Below are positions 1-7,765 of a stretch of 47,313 bases of DNA, one piece after another. The stretch lies in assembly GCA_950073265.1 (NCBI GenBank), contig CATMPJ010000004.1:1-47313 (forward strand), given 5' to 3'. This stretch comes from an uncultured bacterium (GTDB lineage: Bacteria > Patescibacteriota > Minisyncoccia > Phycocordibacterales > UBA918). The notes beneath the pieces were generated by a model. That model worked only from the letters and a program-made list of their open reading frames with translations. It did no database searches and had not been told where the DNA came from. The translations under genes were made by a program, and so were the position numbers. How positions within the stretch are numbered: the stretch's first letter is position 1; each line of letters opens with the position of its first letter.

Positions 1-1773
1 GAAATGATTGAAGATGCGCTTGGGCTCAAGATCTATCAATTAAAAAAGCAAGAAACCGATAGAAAGCTTGCAAAGACGCTAGAAAACATCTCGCAAGTCG
101 AATCACTGCGGCGCGAAGCGGCACCACATTTGCGATATTTGAAGAAGCAAGTTGAGCGCGCTGAACGTTCACTACAAGTCCAAGCTGAGTTAAAAACAGC
201 CTATATTGAATATCTGTGTCGTGAAGATACGTATATTGCAAAACGAACAGACATACTGACTAAGAGTAAGCAATCACCTCAAAAAACCTTAGCGGAGACT
301 GAAGACAAAATTGCCACAGTGCAGACGATTGTCGATGAGCAAGTAAAGCCACTTGAGGACAGTGCTGAGATACAGGAAGCTAAAGAGACTGCAGTAGCTG
401 CTACTGAAGCTTGGCAGCTGGCACAAAACGATATCAGTCAGCTAGAAGGACAGATAACGTTTCTAAAACGCCGACTTGAATCGCAAGAAGCTTCAAAAAC
501 AACAGTAAAGAAAATCATCTCTTACGACGCCTTATCGCAATTGGTTAGTGAGGTAGAAGAAAGTGTTGAGTCTGCTATGCGAAGCAATGATACTGCGTCG
601 CTAATGTCTTTGGTTCGTGATGTGGTAAAGAAATTAAAATCGTTCATCCAAGATAAGTCAGAAGAATTGCCTGAGCCGAGCGTCGAAGATGCTAAGGAAC
701 TAGACATGCTCGAAAAGAAATTGACGGTGGCCAAAGAAGAAATGATTCGCTTACTTGAGAAAAAGCAAACTGCCCAAGAGAAATTGTCCCTCTTACAATC
801 GTCACATGTGAACGAGCTACAAGAAAAAAGAGAAGCAGAAAAAGAACTGTTTGTGCTTATGCAACAGCGACGTGATATTGAAAGTACTTTGCGTACCATC
901 GATAGCGAATTAACTATGCTTGAACGTGACCGCGCTGATTTTAAATCTGAGCTTCAAGAGGCAGTCACTCTGATTGGCCGTGCTGCTGCGCAATACTACG
1001 AGCTAGAAATCCTCGATGAAAATGGAGAGAGGTTAGATAAAGAGGCAATTGTTGCAGAAGATAGAAATAAGCAACGTGAACGTCGCCATACTTTAGAGAA
1101 GCTGAAAATCCGCCTCGAAGAATTAGGTGTTGGCGGTACTGATGACCTGCTTAAAGAGTATAAAGAGGCGCAAGAACGGGATGAGTTCTTGGCAAAAGAG
1201 CTGTCTGATCTCAATCAATCAGTTCAGAACCTAAATACCTTAATTACCGAGATGCAGGCTAAGTTAGAAGAACAGTTTGTCGCAGGGGTGGATAAGATAA
1301 CTACCGAGTTCGATAAATTTTTTAAGCTCATGTTTGGTGGTGGGGCAGCAAAACTTGATCGGGTGACGGTTAAAAAACGTGGCGCAGATGATGAGGATAC
1401 TGAAGACGAGATAAGTCACGAAGGGGTAGAATTAAATGTAGCTCTCCCCAATAAACGGGTAAAAGGTCTTGAGATGCTCTCGGGTGGCGAACGGGCCCTC
1501 ACTTCAATCGCGCTTATTTTTGCCATGAGCCAAGTTAATCCACCGCCGTTTATCATTCTCGATGAGACTGACGCGGCGCTTGATGAGGCAAATAGTCGTC
1601 GTTATGGTGATATGATTGAAGCATTGGCACAAAAATCACAATTAGTACTTATTACTCACAATCGCGAAACAATGAGTCGGGCCGGGATTCTGTATGGCAT
1701 AACTATGGGGATAGATGGTGTGTCTAAAGTACTATCAGTTAAATTTGATGACGCAGTTTTAAATGCAAAGTAA
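1..1773 (+). CDS. smc: SMC-family chromosome segregation ATPase, 5'-truncated by the window edge
   Basis: Long coiled coil followed by a C-terminal ABC head: signature LSGGE, Walker B/D-loop FIILDETDAALD, H-loop ITH. IEDALGL matches the EEAAG-type motif that follows the N-terminal head. Confidence 0.9.
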   Translation, partial: EMIEDALGLKIYQLKKQETDRKLAKTLENISQVESLRREAAPHLRYLKKQVERAERSLQVQAELKTAYIEYLCREDTYIAKRTDILTKSKQSPQKTLAETEDKIATVQTIVDEQVKPLEDSAEIQEAKETAVAATEAWQLAQNDISQLEGQITFLKRRLESQEASKTTVKKIISYDALSQLVSEVEESVESAMRSNDTASLMSLVRDVVKKLKSFIQDKSEELPEPSVEDAKELDMLEKKLTVAKEEMIRLLEKKQTAQEKLSLLQSSHVNELQEKREAEKELFVLMQQRRDIESTLRTIDSELTMLERDRADFKSELQEAVTLIGRAAAQYYELEILDENGERLDKEAIVAEDRNKQRERRHTLEKLKIRLEELGVGGTDDLLKEYKEAQERDEFLAKELSDLNQSVQNLNTLITEMQAKLEEQFVAGVDKITTEFDKFFKLMFGGGAAKLDRVTVKKRGADDEDTEDEISHEGVELNVALPNKRVKGLEMLSGGERALTSIALIFAMSQVNPPPFIILDETDAALDEANSRRYGDMIEALAQKSQLVLITHNRETMSRAGILYGITMGIDGVSKVLSVKFDDAVLNAK

Positions 1774-1776
1774 GTT

Positions 1777-1890
1777 ATGAGCGAAAAAATCAGATCTAAC
1801 AATCACGAAAAGCCTTATCGACCGAATCACGAGATTACCCCTGAAGATACTGCAGAAATTTTAAGGGAAATTGCAGAAGAAGGAGAGTAA
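1777..1890 (+). CDS. Possible 37-aa acidic peptide (MSEKIRSNNHEKPYRPNHEITPEDTAEILREIAEEGE)
   Basis: Hand-translated. ATG lies 3 nt after the smc stop and the ORF ends just before the next promoter. No recognised homology. Confidence 0.4.
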   Translation: MSEKIRSNNHEKPYRPNHEITPEDTAEILREIAEEGE

Positions 1891-1897
1891 CAAATTG

Positions 1898-1926
1898 TTG
1901 ACTTATTGTCAAAAATAGTATATAAT
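1898..1926 (+). promoter_or_regulatory. Sigma70-type promoter with an inverted repeat over the -35
   Basis: TTGACT-N17-TATAAT; TTGAC-ttatt-GTCAA palindrome at 1898-1912. Confidence 0.75.
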
Positions 1927-1977
1927 AAATGTAGTAAGGCATCATAGTGATGCTTTTTCTCAAAAGAGGAATGGACA

Positions 1978-2292
1978 TTGATACAGCTGCCAAGAGAAGC
2001 GTTTCGAAAGTCGGGCAAGGGTCGCGATGGAACATCGGTCGGGGATAAACTCCTCGACGATGTCCGAGGCCATGTATGGAAGCGGTACGGCGGTCGATTC
2101 GAGGAACTGGCTGTCGAGGCTGGTCTTCACGAGAAGACGGTCGAAAAATTCGCGTGGGGTGATACCAAGAAGCCTCACTTCGAAACCGTCGCTCGTCTGC
2201 TTGCGGCACTTGATCTGCTTGACCTGCTGAAGCAGGTCTTGCTGACCGAGATGCCGGTAACTCGAGCACAGGCACAGCAACGCAAGCGCTAA
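1978..2292 (+). CDS. XRE/Cro-like helix-turn-helix protein
   Basis: EELAVEAGLHEKTVEKFAWGDTKKPHFETVARLLAALD fits the HTH_3 pattern. TTG start 7 nt after AGAGGA; own promoter and downstream hairpins. Confidence 0.75.
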   Translation: MIQLPREAFRKSGKGRDGTSVGDKLLDDVRGHVWKRYGGRFEELAVEAGLHEKTVEKFAWGDTKKPHFETVARLLAALDLLDLLKQVLLTEMPVTRAQAQQRKR

Positions 2293-2301
2293 TAATTCAA
2301 A

Positions 2302-2373
2302 CCGACCGGCATCTATCGGTGTCGGTCGGAAAGAGAAAAGCCGATATCACAATAGGGTGATATCGGCTGTTTT
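2302..2373. terminator. Two hairpins between the convergent HTH gene and rnr (bidirectional terminator)
   Basis: CCGACCGGCATC/GGTGTCGGTCGG (2302-2329) and AGCCGATATCAC/GTGATATCGGCT flanked by A and T tracts (2336-2373). Confidence 0.75.
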
Positions 2374-4316
2374 TATTTTTTAGAAGTTAGTAGTTCGAAG
2401 TCGAGTTGTCGTTCGTCTTTATCGGCACGCAACAGCTTCACACGCACCTCATCACCTAAGCGGTACACTTTGCCAGTCTTTTTGCCTTTGATGCGGTATT
2501 TGCTCGCTTCATGTTCAAAGTAGTCGGACTTGATGCTAGAGAGTCGCACCATACCATCAGCCAGGGTATTCTTTTCTTGTACGTAGATACCCCAGTCGGT
2601 GACGCCGGTGATCACACCTTCAAATTCTTCACCAATGTGATTCATCAAATACTCAACTTGCTTGAATTTAATTGAATCGCGTTCGGCTGACACTGCTTCC
2701 ATTTCTCGCTCAGAGGATTTTACCGATATCTGTTCGAACTTCGCTGCTTCCTTTTGCCCAATAGCAGAACCATCAAGATGGCGCCGCAGCATGCGGTGTG
2801 CCATGAGGTCGGGGTAGCGCCTGATTGGTGAAGTGAAGTGGGTGTAGTACTTAAAGGCTAGGCCAAAGTGGCCGATGTTTTTAGTCGAATAAACTGCTTT
2901 GGCCATGCTGCGAATGCTGGCGGTCTTGATAAGATTTTCTTCCGGTTTACCCTCGACCTCCTTTAAGAGTTCATTAATAGCAGTTGCTTTTACGTAGCCT
3001 TTTTTAGTCTCAAATTCATGACCAAGGGCATGTACAAAGGTAGCGAGTTCTTCAATCTTGTCTGGATTTGGTACGTCGTGAATGCGATATACAAAAGCCA
3101 ACTCTTGATTTTTTGATTTAGCTAATTTGTTGATGAAGGTGGCAACTTCACGGTTGGCAAGCAACATGAAGTCTTCAATCATCATCATGGTTTCGGTGCG
3201 CACTTTGGTGAAAGCTCTGATTGGTGCACCACGTTCATCAAGTTCAAATTTAACTTCTGGCTGCTCAAAGGCGATAGCGCCGTTGGCATAACGCTTGCGG
3301 CGTAAAATTCGCCCAAGCTTCATCATCTGGTTGAGTTCATCCAGAAATTCGCCCGATTGTGTATCGAGAACTTGCTGGGCTTCCTCGTAAGAAAAGCGCT
3401 TGTCAGAGTGAATAATGGTTTGGCCATACCAAGCGTCTACTACGCGAGCGTCATCATCTAGTTCAAACACAGCAGAGAAGGCGAGGCGGTCTTCATTAGG
3501 GCGCAGGGAACACAGATCATTTGAAAGCACTTCCGGTAACATCGGAATCACGCGATCTACCAGATATACAGATGTACCTCGCTCACGTGCTTCTTGATCG
3601 AGTGGTTCGCCTTCGCGCACGTAATGAGATACATCAGCGATATGAATACCGACTTCGGTATTACCGTTTTCAAGCGTCTGGATTGAGAGCGCATCATCAA
3701 AATCTTTCGCGTCGTGCGGGTCGATAGTCATTGTCGTCACGCCACGAAAGTCTCGGCGTTTTGGATCCTTGAGGGCGTCAGCAAAAATCTGCTCTTTGTT
3801 TTCGTATAGTTTGTGGGCGGCTTCCTGAACTGATTCAGGAAACGCTTTTGAGAAACCGCCACTACGGATAATTGCTTGCATTTCGGTTTCGTGGTCGCCA
3901 GCGTGCCCTAGTGTCTCAACAATCTTAGCCAATGGTGGCAATGTCGGTGTCTTCCAGCTTTCAATCTCCACCACCACCTTCATGCCGATGTCATTTGGTG
4001 TAGCGTTAGGAAGAATGGGCTTAATATGGAGTCTGGAGTTATCAAGCTTTACCTGTAACACTTTTTTGCCATCGACAGTGTCTTCGACTACGTTTCCGAT
4101 TAGTTCACGATGAGCTGGTTTAATAACGTGATTAACTATGCCTTCTTGTCGTTTACCGGCTTGTTTTTTCTTGAGGGTGACTTCGACTAAGTCTCCATCG
4201 AACGCGAAGCCAAGGGCTTCGCGTTCGATAACCACATCTTCTTCATGATCGGGATGTTTTAGGAAGCCAGTCCCTTTACCACGCACCATAATTGGGCCTT
4301 CAATAGTTTTTTGCAT
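2373..4316 (-). CDS. rnr: Ribonuclease R
   Basis: RNB motifs TIDPHDAKDFDDA and YTHFTSPIRRYPDL, plus C-terminal S1 domain. Start reassigned to MQKTIE (4316), 7 nt downstream of a TATACT box. Confidence 0.95.
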   Translation of the reverse strand: MQKTIEGPIMVRGKGTGFLKHPDHEEDVVIEREALGFAFDGDLVEVTLKKKQAGKRQEGIVNHVIKPAHRELIGNVVEDTVDGKKVLQVKLDNSRLHIKPILPNATPNDIGMKVVVEIESWKTPTLPPLAKIVETLGHAGDHETEMQAIIRSGGFSKAFPESVQEAAHKLYENKEQIFADALKDPKRRDFRGVTTMTIDPHDAKDFDDALSIQTLENGNTEVGIHIADVSHYVREGEPLDQEARERGTSVYLVDRVIPMLPEVLSNDLCSLRPNEDRLAFSAVFELDDDARVVDAWYGQTIIHSDKRFSYEEAQQVLDTQSGEFLDELNQMMKLGRILRRKRYANGAIAFEQPEVKFELDERGAPIRAFTKVRTETMMMIEDFMLLANREVATFINKLAKSKNQELAFVYRIHDVPNPDKIEELATFVHALGHEFETKKGYVKATAINELLKEVEGKPEENLIKTASIRSMAKAVYSTKNIGHFGLAFKYYTHFTSPIRRYPDLMAHRMLRRHLDGSAIGQKEAAKFEQISVKSSEREMEAVSAERDSIKFKQVEYLMNHIGEEFEGVITGVTDWGIYVQEKNTLADGMVRLSSIKSDYFEHEASKYRIKGKKTGKVYRLGDEVRVKLLRADKDERQLDFELLTSKK

Positions 4317-4366
4317 TGCGCGCAGTATAACATTGATGTGTACAAATAAAAGTTGTATATTATTTT

Positions 4367-4433
4367 CGTCCTTCGGGACGGTTTCTCCAGAAGCCGGACC
4401 CCTTCCACCGACACGGTAGGGGTCCTTTTCTTT
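4367..4433 (+). ncRNA. Candidate small structured RNA
   Basis: Promoter TTGATG-N17-TATATT (4333-4361), three consecutive hairpins including a C(UUCG)G loop, terminal U tract. rpsP has its own separate promoter. Confidence 0.45.
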
Positions 4434-4444
4434 ACTATTTCCTA

Positions 4445-4472
4445 TTGACCTTTTTGGCTTATCTGCTATGCT
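4445..4472 (+). promoter_or_regulatory. rpsP promoter
   Basis: TTGACC-N16-TATGCT with TG extension, 11 nt before the ATG. Confidence 0.6.
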
Positions 4473-4483
4473 AGGCGCCACTT

Positions 4484-5008
4484 ATGTTAATGATGCGATT
4501 ACAGCGTGTGGGCCGCAAGAACGATGCTTCGTTCCGAATTGTGGTAACCGACAAACGCACCGGTCCAAAAAGCGATAAGCATGTCGATCGTCTTGGTTCA
4601 TACAATCCAAAAATGAATCAGGTACAACTCGATGCTGCAAAGGCAAAAGACTGGATTTCTAAAGGGGTGCAGCCGTCAGACACGGTGTACAACATCCTGG
4701 TGGGACAAGGCGTGATTGAAGGTAAGAAACGCAATGTTCTACCAAAAAAATCACCAATTATTGATGAAGAAGCGATAAAACGAGCTGAAGAAGAAGCTAA
4801 GGCCAAGGCTAAAGAAGAAGCGGAAGCAGCCGCTACGGCGCCAGCCGAAGAAGTCGTTGAAGAACCAACAGACACTGTAGAAGTCGATGTTGTGGCAGAC
4901 GAATCAGATCCAACCGACCACAGCGAGACAGCCGAAGAATCAGAAGAAGTAAAAGAAAAAGAAGCCGCAGAAAAAGCACAAGCCGCCGCTGATGCAGAAG
5001 CAGACTAG
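4484..5008 (+). CDS. rpsP: 30S ribosomal protein S16 with a long acidic C-terminal tail
   Basis: MRLQRVGRKN..FRIVV..LGSYNP..W..KGVQPSDTV, typical of S16. Confidence 0.95.
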   Translation: MLMMRLQRVGRKNDASFRIVVTDKRTGPKSDKHVDRLGSYNPKMNQVQLDAAKAKDWISKGVQPSDTVYNILVGQGVIEGKKRNVLPKKSPIIDEEAIKRAEEEAKAKAKEEAEAAATAPAEEVVEEPTDTVEVDVVADESDPTDHSETAEESEEVKEKEAAEKAQAAADAEAD

Positions 5009-5030
5009 TTAGCTAATGCACTAGGATGTA

Positions 5031-5063
5031 TTGACTCAAAAAGCATACAATCGTATGCTTTTT
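5031..5063 (+). terminator. rpsP terminator overlapping a candidate khpA promoter
   Basis: AAAAAGCATAC-aatc-GTATGCTTTTT hairpin; TTGACT(5031)-N17-TATGCT(5054). Confidence 0.65.
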
Positions 5064-5117
5064 GTATAGCGCGCTGTTGTTGCAGCGACGGCTTGCTTAA
5101 CGAATAACTACAGAACT

Positions 5118-5471
5118 ATGGAAACTTACGAAGACAAGCAATTTCTCGAAAATGTTGTAAAGTCATTGGTAGACAACCCAGACAGCGTAAAGATTGATCG
5201 CACGGTTGATGAGATGGGTGTGCTTCTAACCCTCGACGTCCATGCTGACGATATGGGTAAAATAATTGGCCGCTCAGGTAACACCGCCAAAGCAATCCGC
5301 ACACTATTGCGGGTCGTAGGTATGAAGAATGACGCTCGCGTGAATCTAAAAATCAACGAACCGGAAGGTGGTAAGGGTATGAGTCAGGAAATGTCAGACG
5401 CTATGCGTGAAGACAATCCGTCTTCAGAGCCTAAATCTCTCGACCAGGCCATCGAAGACCTGAAGATATAA
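5118..5471 (+). CDS. khpA: KH-domain RNA-binding protein (KhpA/YlqC family)
   Basis: LVDNPD..DDMGKIIGRSGNTAKAIRTLL (GxxG KH loop); canonical position after rpsP. Confidence 0.9.
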   Translation: METYEDKQFLENVVKSLVDNPDSVKIDRTVDEMGVLLTLDVHADDMGKIIGRSGNTAKAIRTLLRVVGMKNDARVNLKINEPEGGKGMSQEMSDAMREDNPSSEPKSLDQAIEDLKI

Positions 5472-5498
5472 ACTGACGAATAACATCGTCGCTACAAC

Positions 5499-5542
5499 AA
5501 AAACAGCACTCACTGGACAGTTGTCCCACTCGTGCTGTTTTT
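5499..5542. terminator. Terminator-like hairpin after khpA
   Basis: AAAAACAGCAC/GTGCTGTTTTT with an inner GGACA/TGTCC stem. Confidence 0.6.
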
Positions 5543-5597
5543 CTTTAGGCTCCTTGTTCTTCATCCAGTTTCTAACTTCATGAAGACTATGAATGGT

Positions 5598-5632
5598 AAA
5601 AAGCACGGCGGCCCTTGGCCGCCGTGCTTTTT
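5598..5632. terminator. Strong symmetric hairpin upstream of the NUDIX gene
   Basis: AAAAAGCACGGCGGCC-ctt-GGCCGCCGTGCTTTTT, a perfect 16-bp stem. Confidence 0.7.
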
Positions 5633-5650
5633 CTATGCTAGGCTTTTTCT

Positions 5651-6079
5651 ATGCAAAAAGGATTCGATTATATAGGTGTTTGCGTTTGCTTCTATTGTCA
5701 TGACGGTAAAGGCAATTATGTCTTCCACAAAAGAGGTGAAGCGTGTCGTGATGAGTCTGGTGTTTGGGATGGCGGCGGAGGAGGAGTCAAGCATGGAGAA
5801 TCAATCGAAGAAACAGTTAAGAGGGAAGTATTAGAGGAGTACGGCACAGATCCTTTGGAGATAGAGGAACTAGGTTATTCTGATGTATTTCGTGATTTTG
5901 ACGGAAAGAAAAGTCATTGGGTAGCGTTTAGATTCAAGGTGCTCGTTGATCGAGAGCAAGTAATCAATAATGAGCCTCATAAGCGTGAAGAGTTAGGCTG
6001 GTTTAGAATAGACTCATTACCAACCCCGCTTCATTCCCAAATTCCGGGAGAGTTAGAGAGATTTAAAGATAAATTATAG
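5651..6079 (+). CDS. NUDIX hydrolase
   Basis: Nudix box GGVKHGESIEETVKREVLEEYG. Confidence 0.9.
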   Translation: MQKGFDYIGVCVCFYCHDGKGNYVFHKRGEACRDESGVWDGGGGGVKHGESIEETVKREVLEEYGTDPLEIEELGYSDVFRDFDGKKSHWVAFRFKVLVDREQVINNEPHKREELGWFRIDSLPTPLHSQIPGELERFKDKL

Positions 6080-6080
6080 T

Positions 6081-6752
6081 ATGCATTTTCATATTATTAC
6101 GTTGTTCCCTGAAGTGTGTGAGCCGTATACAAATTCAAGTATTTTAGGTCGTGCTCAGAAAACTGAGAAAGGAAAGGGTGCCAAAAGTCGTGGAAAAAAG
6201 ATTTCGGTGAGCTACTACAATCCACGTGATTTCTCGACCAATAAACATAAAAAAGTAGATGATAGGCCGTATGGTGGTGGTCCCGGCATGGTAATGCAAG
6301 CAGAGCCAGTTTTAAAAGCATGGCAAAAAGCAGTCGGCCGAAAGAAAGATCAAAAGAGAATAAAGACGTTAGTGATGGGTCCACGAGGTAAAAAATTCGA
6401 AACCAAAATGGCTAAAGATTTGGTTAAAAAGTACGACCATCTCGTAGGCAGTAGTGGCCGCTATGAAGGGATTGACACACGCGTGCAGAAAGCTCTCAAA
6501 GCCGAGGAGATCTCAATCGGTGATTACGTACTGACCGGAGGTGAATTGCCAGCACTAGCAATTGTGGATTCGACGGCGCGGCAGGTCCCGGGTGTCCTTG
6601 GTGAATTCACTTCACTCGAAGAAGAGCGAATCTCGAGTAATGAAATGTACACCCGTCCTGAAACAATTGAATGGAAAAAGAAAAAACTTAAGGTTCCGAA
6701 GGTGTTCACCTCTGGTAATCATGCGGAAATAGACAAAAAAAGAGCACGATAA
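6081..6752 (+). CDS. trmD: tRNA (guanine-37-N1)-methyltransferase
   Basis: ITLFPE, VDDRPYGGGPGMVM, GRYEGID, SIGDYVLTGGELPA, YTRP, SGNHAEI. Confidence 0.96.
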   Translation: MHFHIITLFPEVCEPYTNSSILGRAQKTEKGKGAKSRGKKISVSYYNPRDFSTNKHKKVDDRPYGGGPGMVMQAEPVLKAWQKAVGRKKDQKRIKTLVMGPRGKKFETKMAKDLVKKYDHLVGSSGRYEGIDTRVQKALKAEEISIGDYVLTGGELPALAIVDSTARQVPGVLGEFTSLEEERISSNEMYTRPETIEWKKKKLKVPKVFTSGNHAEIDKKRAR

Positions 6753-6768
6753 GATTCTTGAGAAACAC

Positions 6769-6792
6769 AAAAAGCGGCCGGAGCCGCTTTTT
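6769..6792 (+). terminator. trmD terminator
   Basis: AAAAAGCGGC-cgga-GCCGCTTTTT. Confidence 0.75.
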
Positions 6793-6993
6793 GCTGAACT
6801 TGATGGAAAGATGAACTTACCCATCGGTTAGTGTTCTGTTATACAGCTTCCGGAGAAGATATATAGGTAATGAACATAAACAACTAGTTCGTACCATCTA
6901 AACTACAACGTAGAGCTTTAATTTAGTGGTATATACATAGTACTCCTGTCTCTGAGGTTGAACACTTGTGAAAACAAAAAAATGTTTTGTATT

Positions 6994-7033
6994 AAAAAAG
7001 CAACGGCGGACCAGTGAAGATCCGCCGCGGTTG
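6994..7033 (-). terminator. Terminator of the minus-strand membrane protein gene
   Basis: CGGCGGA/TCCGCCG stem; A tract at 6994-6999 reads as a U tract on the minus strand. Confidence 0.55.
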
Positions 7034-7051
7034 GAGCCAAGTGGCTCTGGG

Positions 7052-7462
7052 CTAGTAGGGGAGGAGTGAGCGCATCCACTCGCCCCAGATAATTGCTGTT
7101 GCTAGCGCCAGATGCCCGAGCAGGCTGCTGAGGAAGTAAAAGTTTACACCCTCGCGCAGCATGTATGGATATGGGTCCCAGGGATAGTTCTGGTCCTGGT
7201 ACATGTGGGTAGCGTTTGCTGCCAGCCACGTAACCATCACACTAGCGATGACCGAAGCTGTAGCAATGGCATCTCCCGTAGGCCACGCCAGACTGAAAAG
7301 GTATAGCATAGCCAGCACGCTGAGGATACTCAGCAAACCACGGGTCTTTCGGCCAGCCGGCCCATTGCGGTGTCGCAAGAGATAAACAAGCTGACTAGTG
7401 CCAGTGACAGCGATAATGCACCAGCTGAGGTTGTTTAGTAAAAAACGAAGTACTTCTTCCAT
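7052..7462 (-). CDS. Hypothetical membrane protein (about 4 TM helices, 136 aa)
   Basis: Hydrophobic segments. Start MEEVLR lies 7 nt after GGGAG; promoter TTGACT-N17-TAGTGT at 7524-7496. Confidence 0.65.
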   Translation of the reverse strand: MEEVLRFLLNNLSWCIIAVTGTSQLVYLLRHRNGPAGRKTRGLLSILSVLAMLYLFSLAWPTGDAIATASVIASVMVTWLAANATHMYQDQNYPWDPYPYMLREGVNFYFLSSLLGHLALATAIIWGEWMRSLLPY

Positions 7463-7533
7463 CGTAGGTCTCCCAAAAATGTTCAAGCGACCCTCACACT
7501 ACAATTAAAAAACGAAAGAGTCAATTATCACTC

Positions 7534-7765
7534 TTGCAATATAAAGATTCTACAGGTATACTACCGCCCACGTACGCAGTAATGCGATCTCCGAATGTGT
7601 TGTGGGGGAGAGATTGAGTAGAAGCCAGGGGTGGTTTCTGTGCCGCGGAAGTAAAAATCACGAAGTGATGTTTTTATTTATCGGGTAGACAAAGTGGTGA
7701 ATATAGAAAAGCGCAGACGCGTGCTTTTTGTGTTTAACACTTTCGCTACATAATTATTTTGTTGT
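7534..7765 (+). promoter_or_regulatory. rpoB promoter and ~200-nt structured leader
   Basis: TTGCAA-N17-TATACT (7534-7562). Hairpins CGCA-gtaa-TGCG, ATCTC/GAGAT, AGAAGCCA-gggg-TGGTTTCT, and TCAC-gaa-GTGA followed by a U tract. Confidence 0.55.

Noticed and set aside
1835-2280. Minus-strand ORFs of 146 and 106 aa
   Set aside because: They overlap the plus-strand HTH gene, which has a motif, SD, promoter and terminator.
4367-4433. SRP (4.5S) RNA, suggested by its position upstream of rpsP
   Set aside because: It lacks the long single hairpin with the GNRA-capped helix 8 and its conserved internal loop.
4317-4481. N-terminal extension of RNase R in the ORF track
   Set aside because: It overlaps promoters and RNA hairpins; the -10 position supports the start at 4316.
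6436-6470. TrmD HLVGSSGRYEG instead of a hydrophobic-CGRYEG motif, as a possible frameshift or pseudogene
   Set aside because: The frame is intact and all other motifs are present; at most a local variant or base-call error.
6793-6990. AT-rich intergenic stretch after trmD
   Set aside because: No convincing ORF, repeat or stable structure found by eye.
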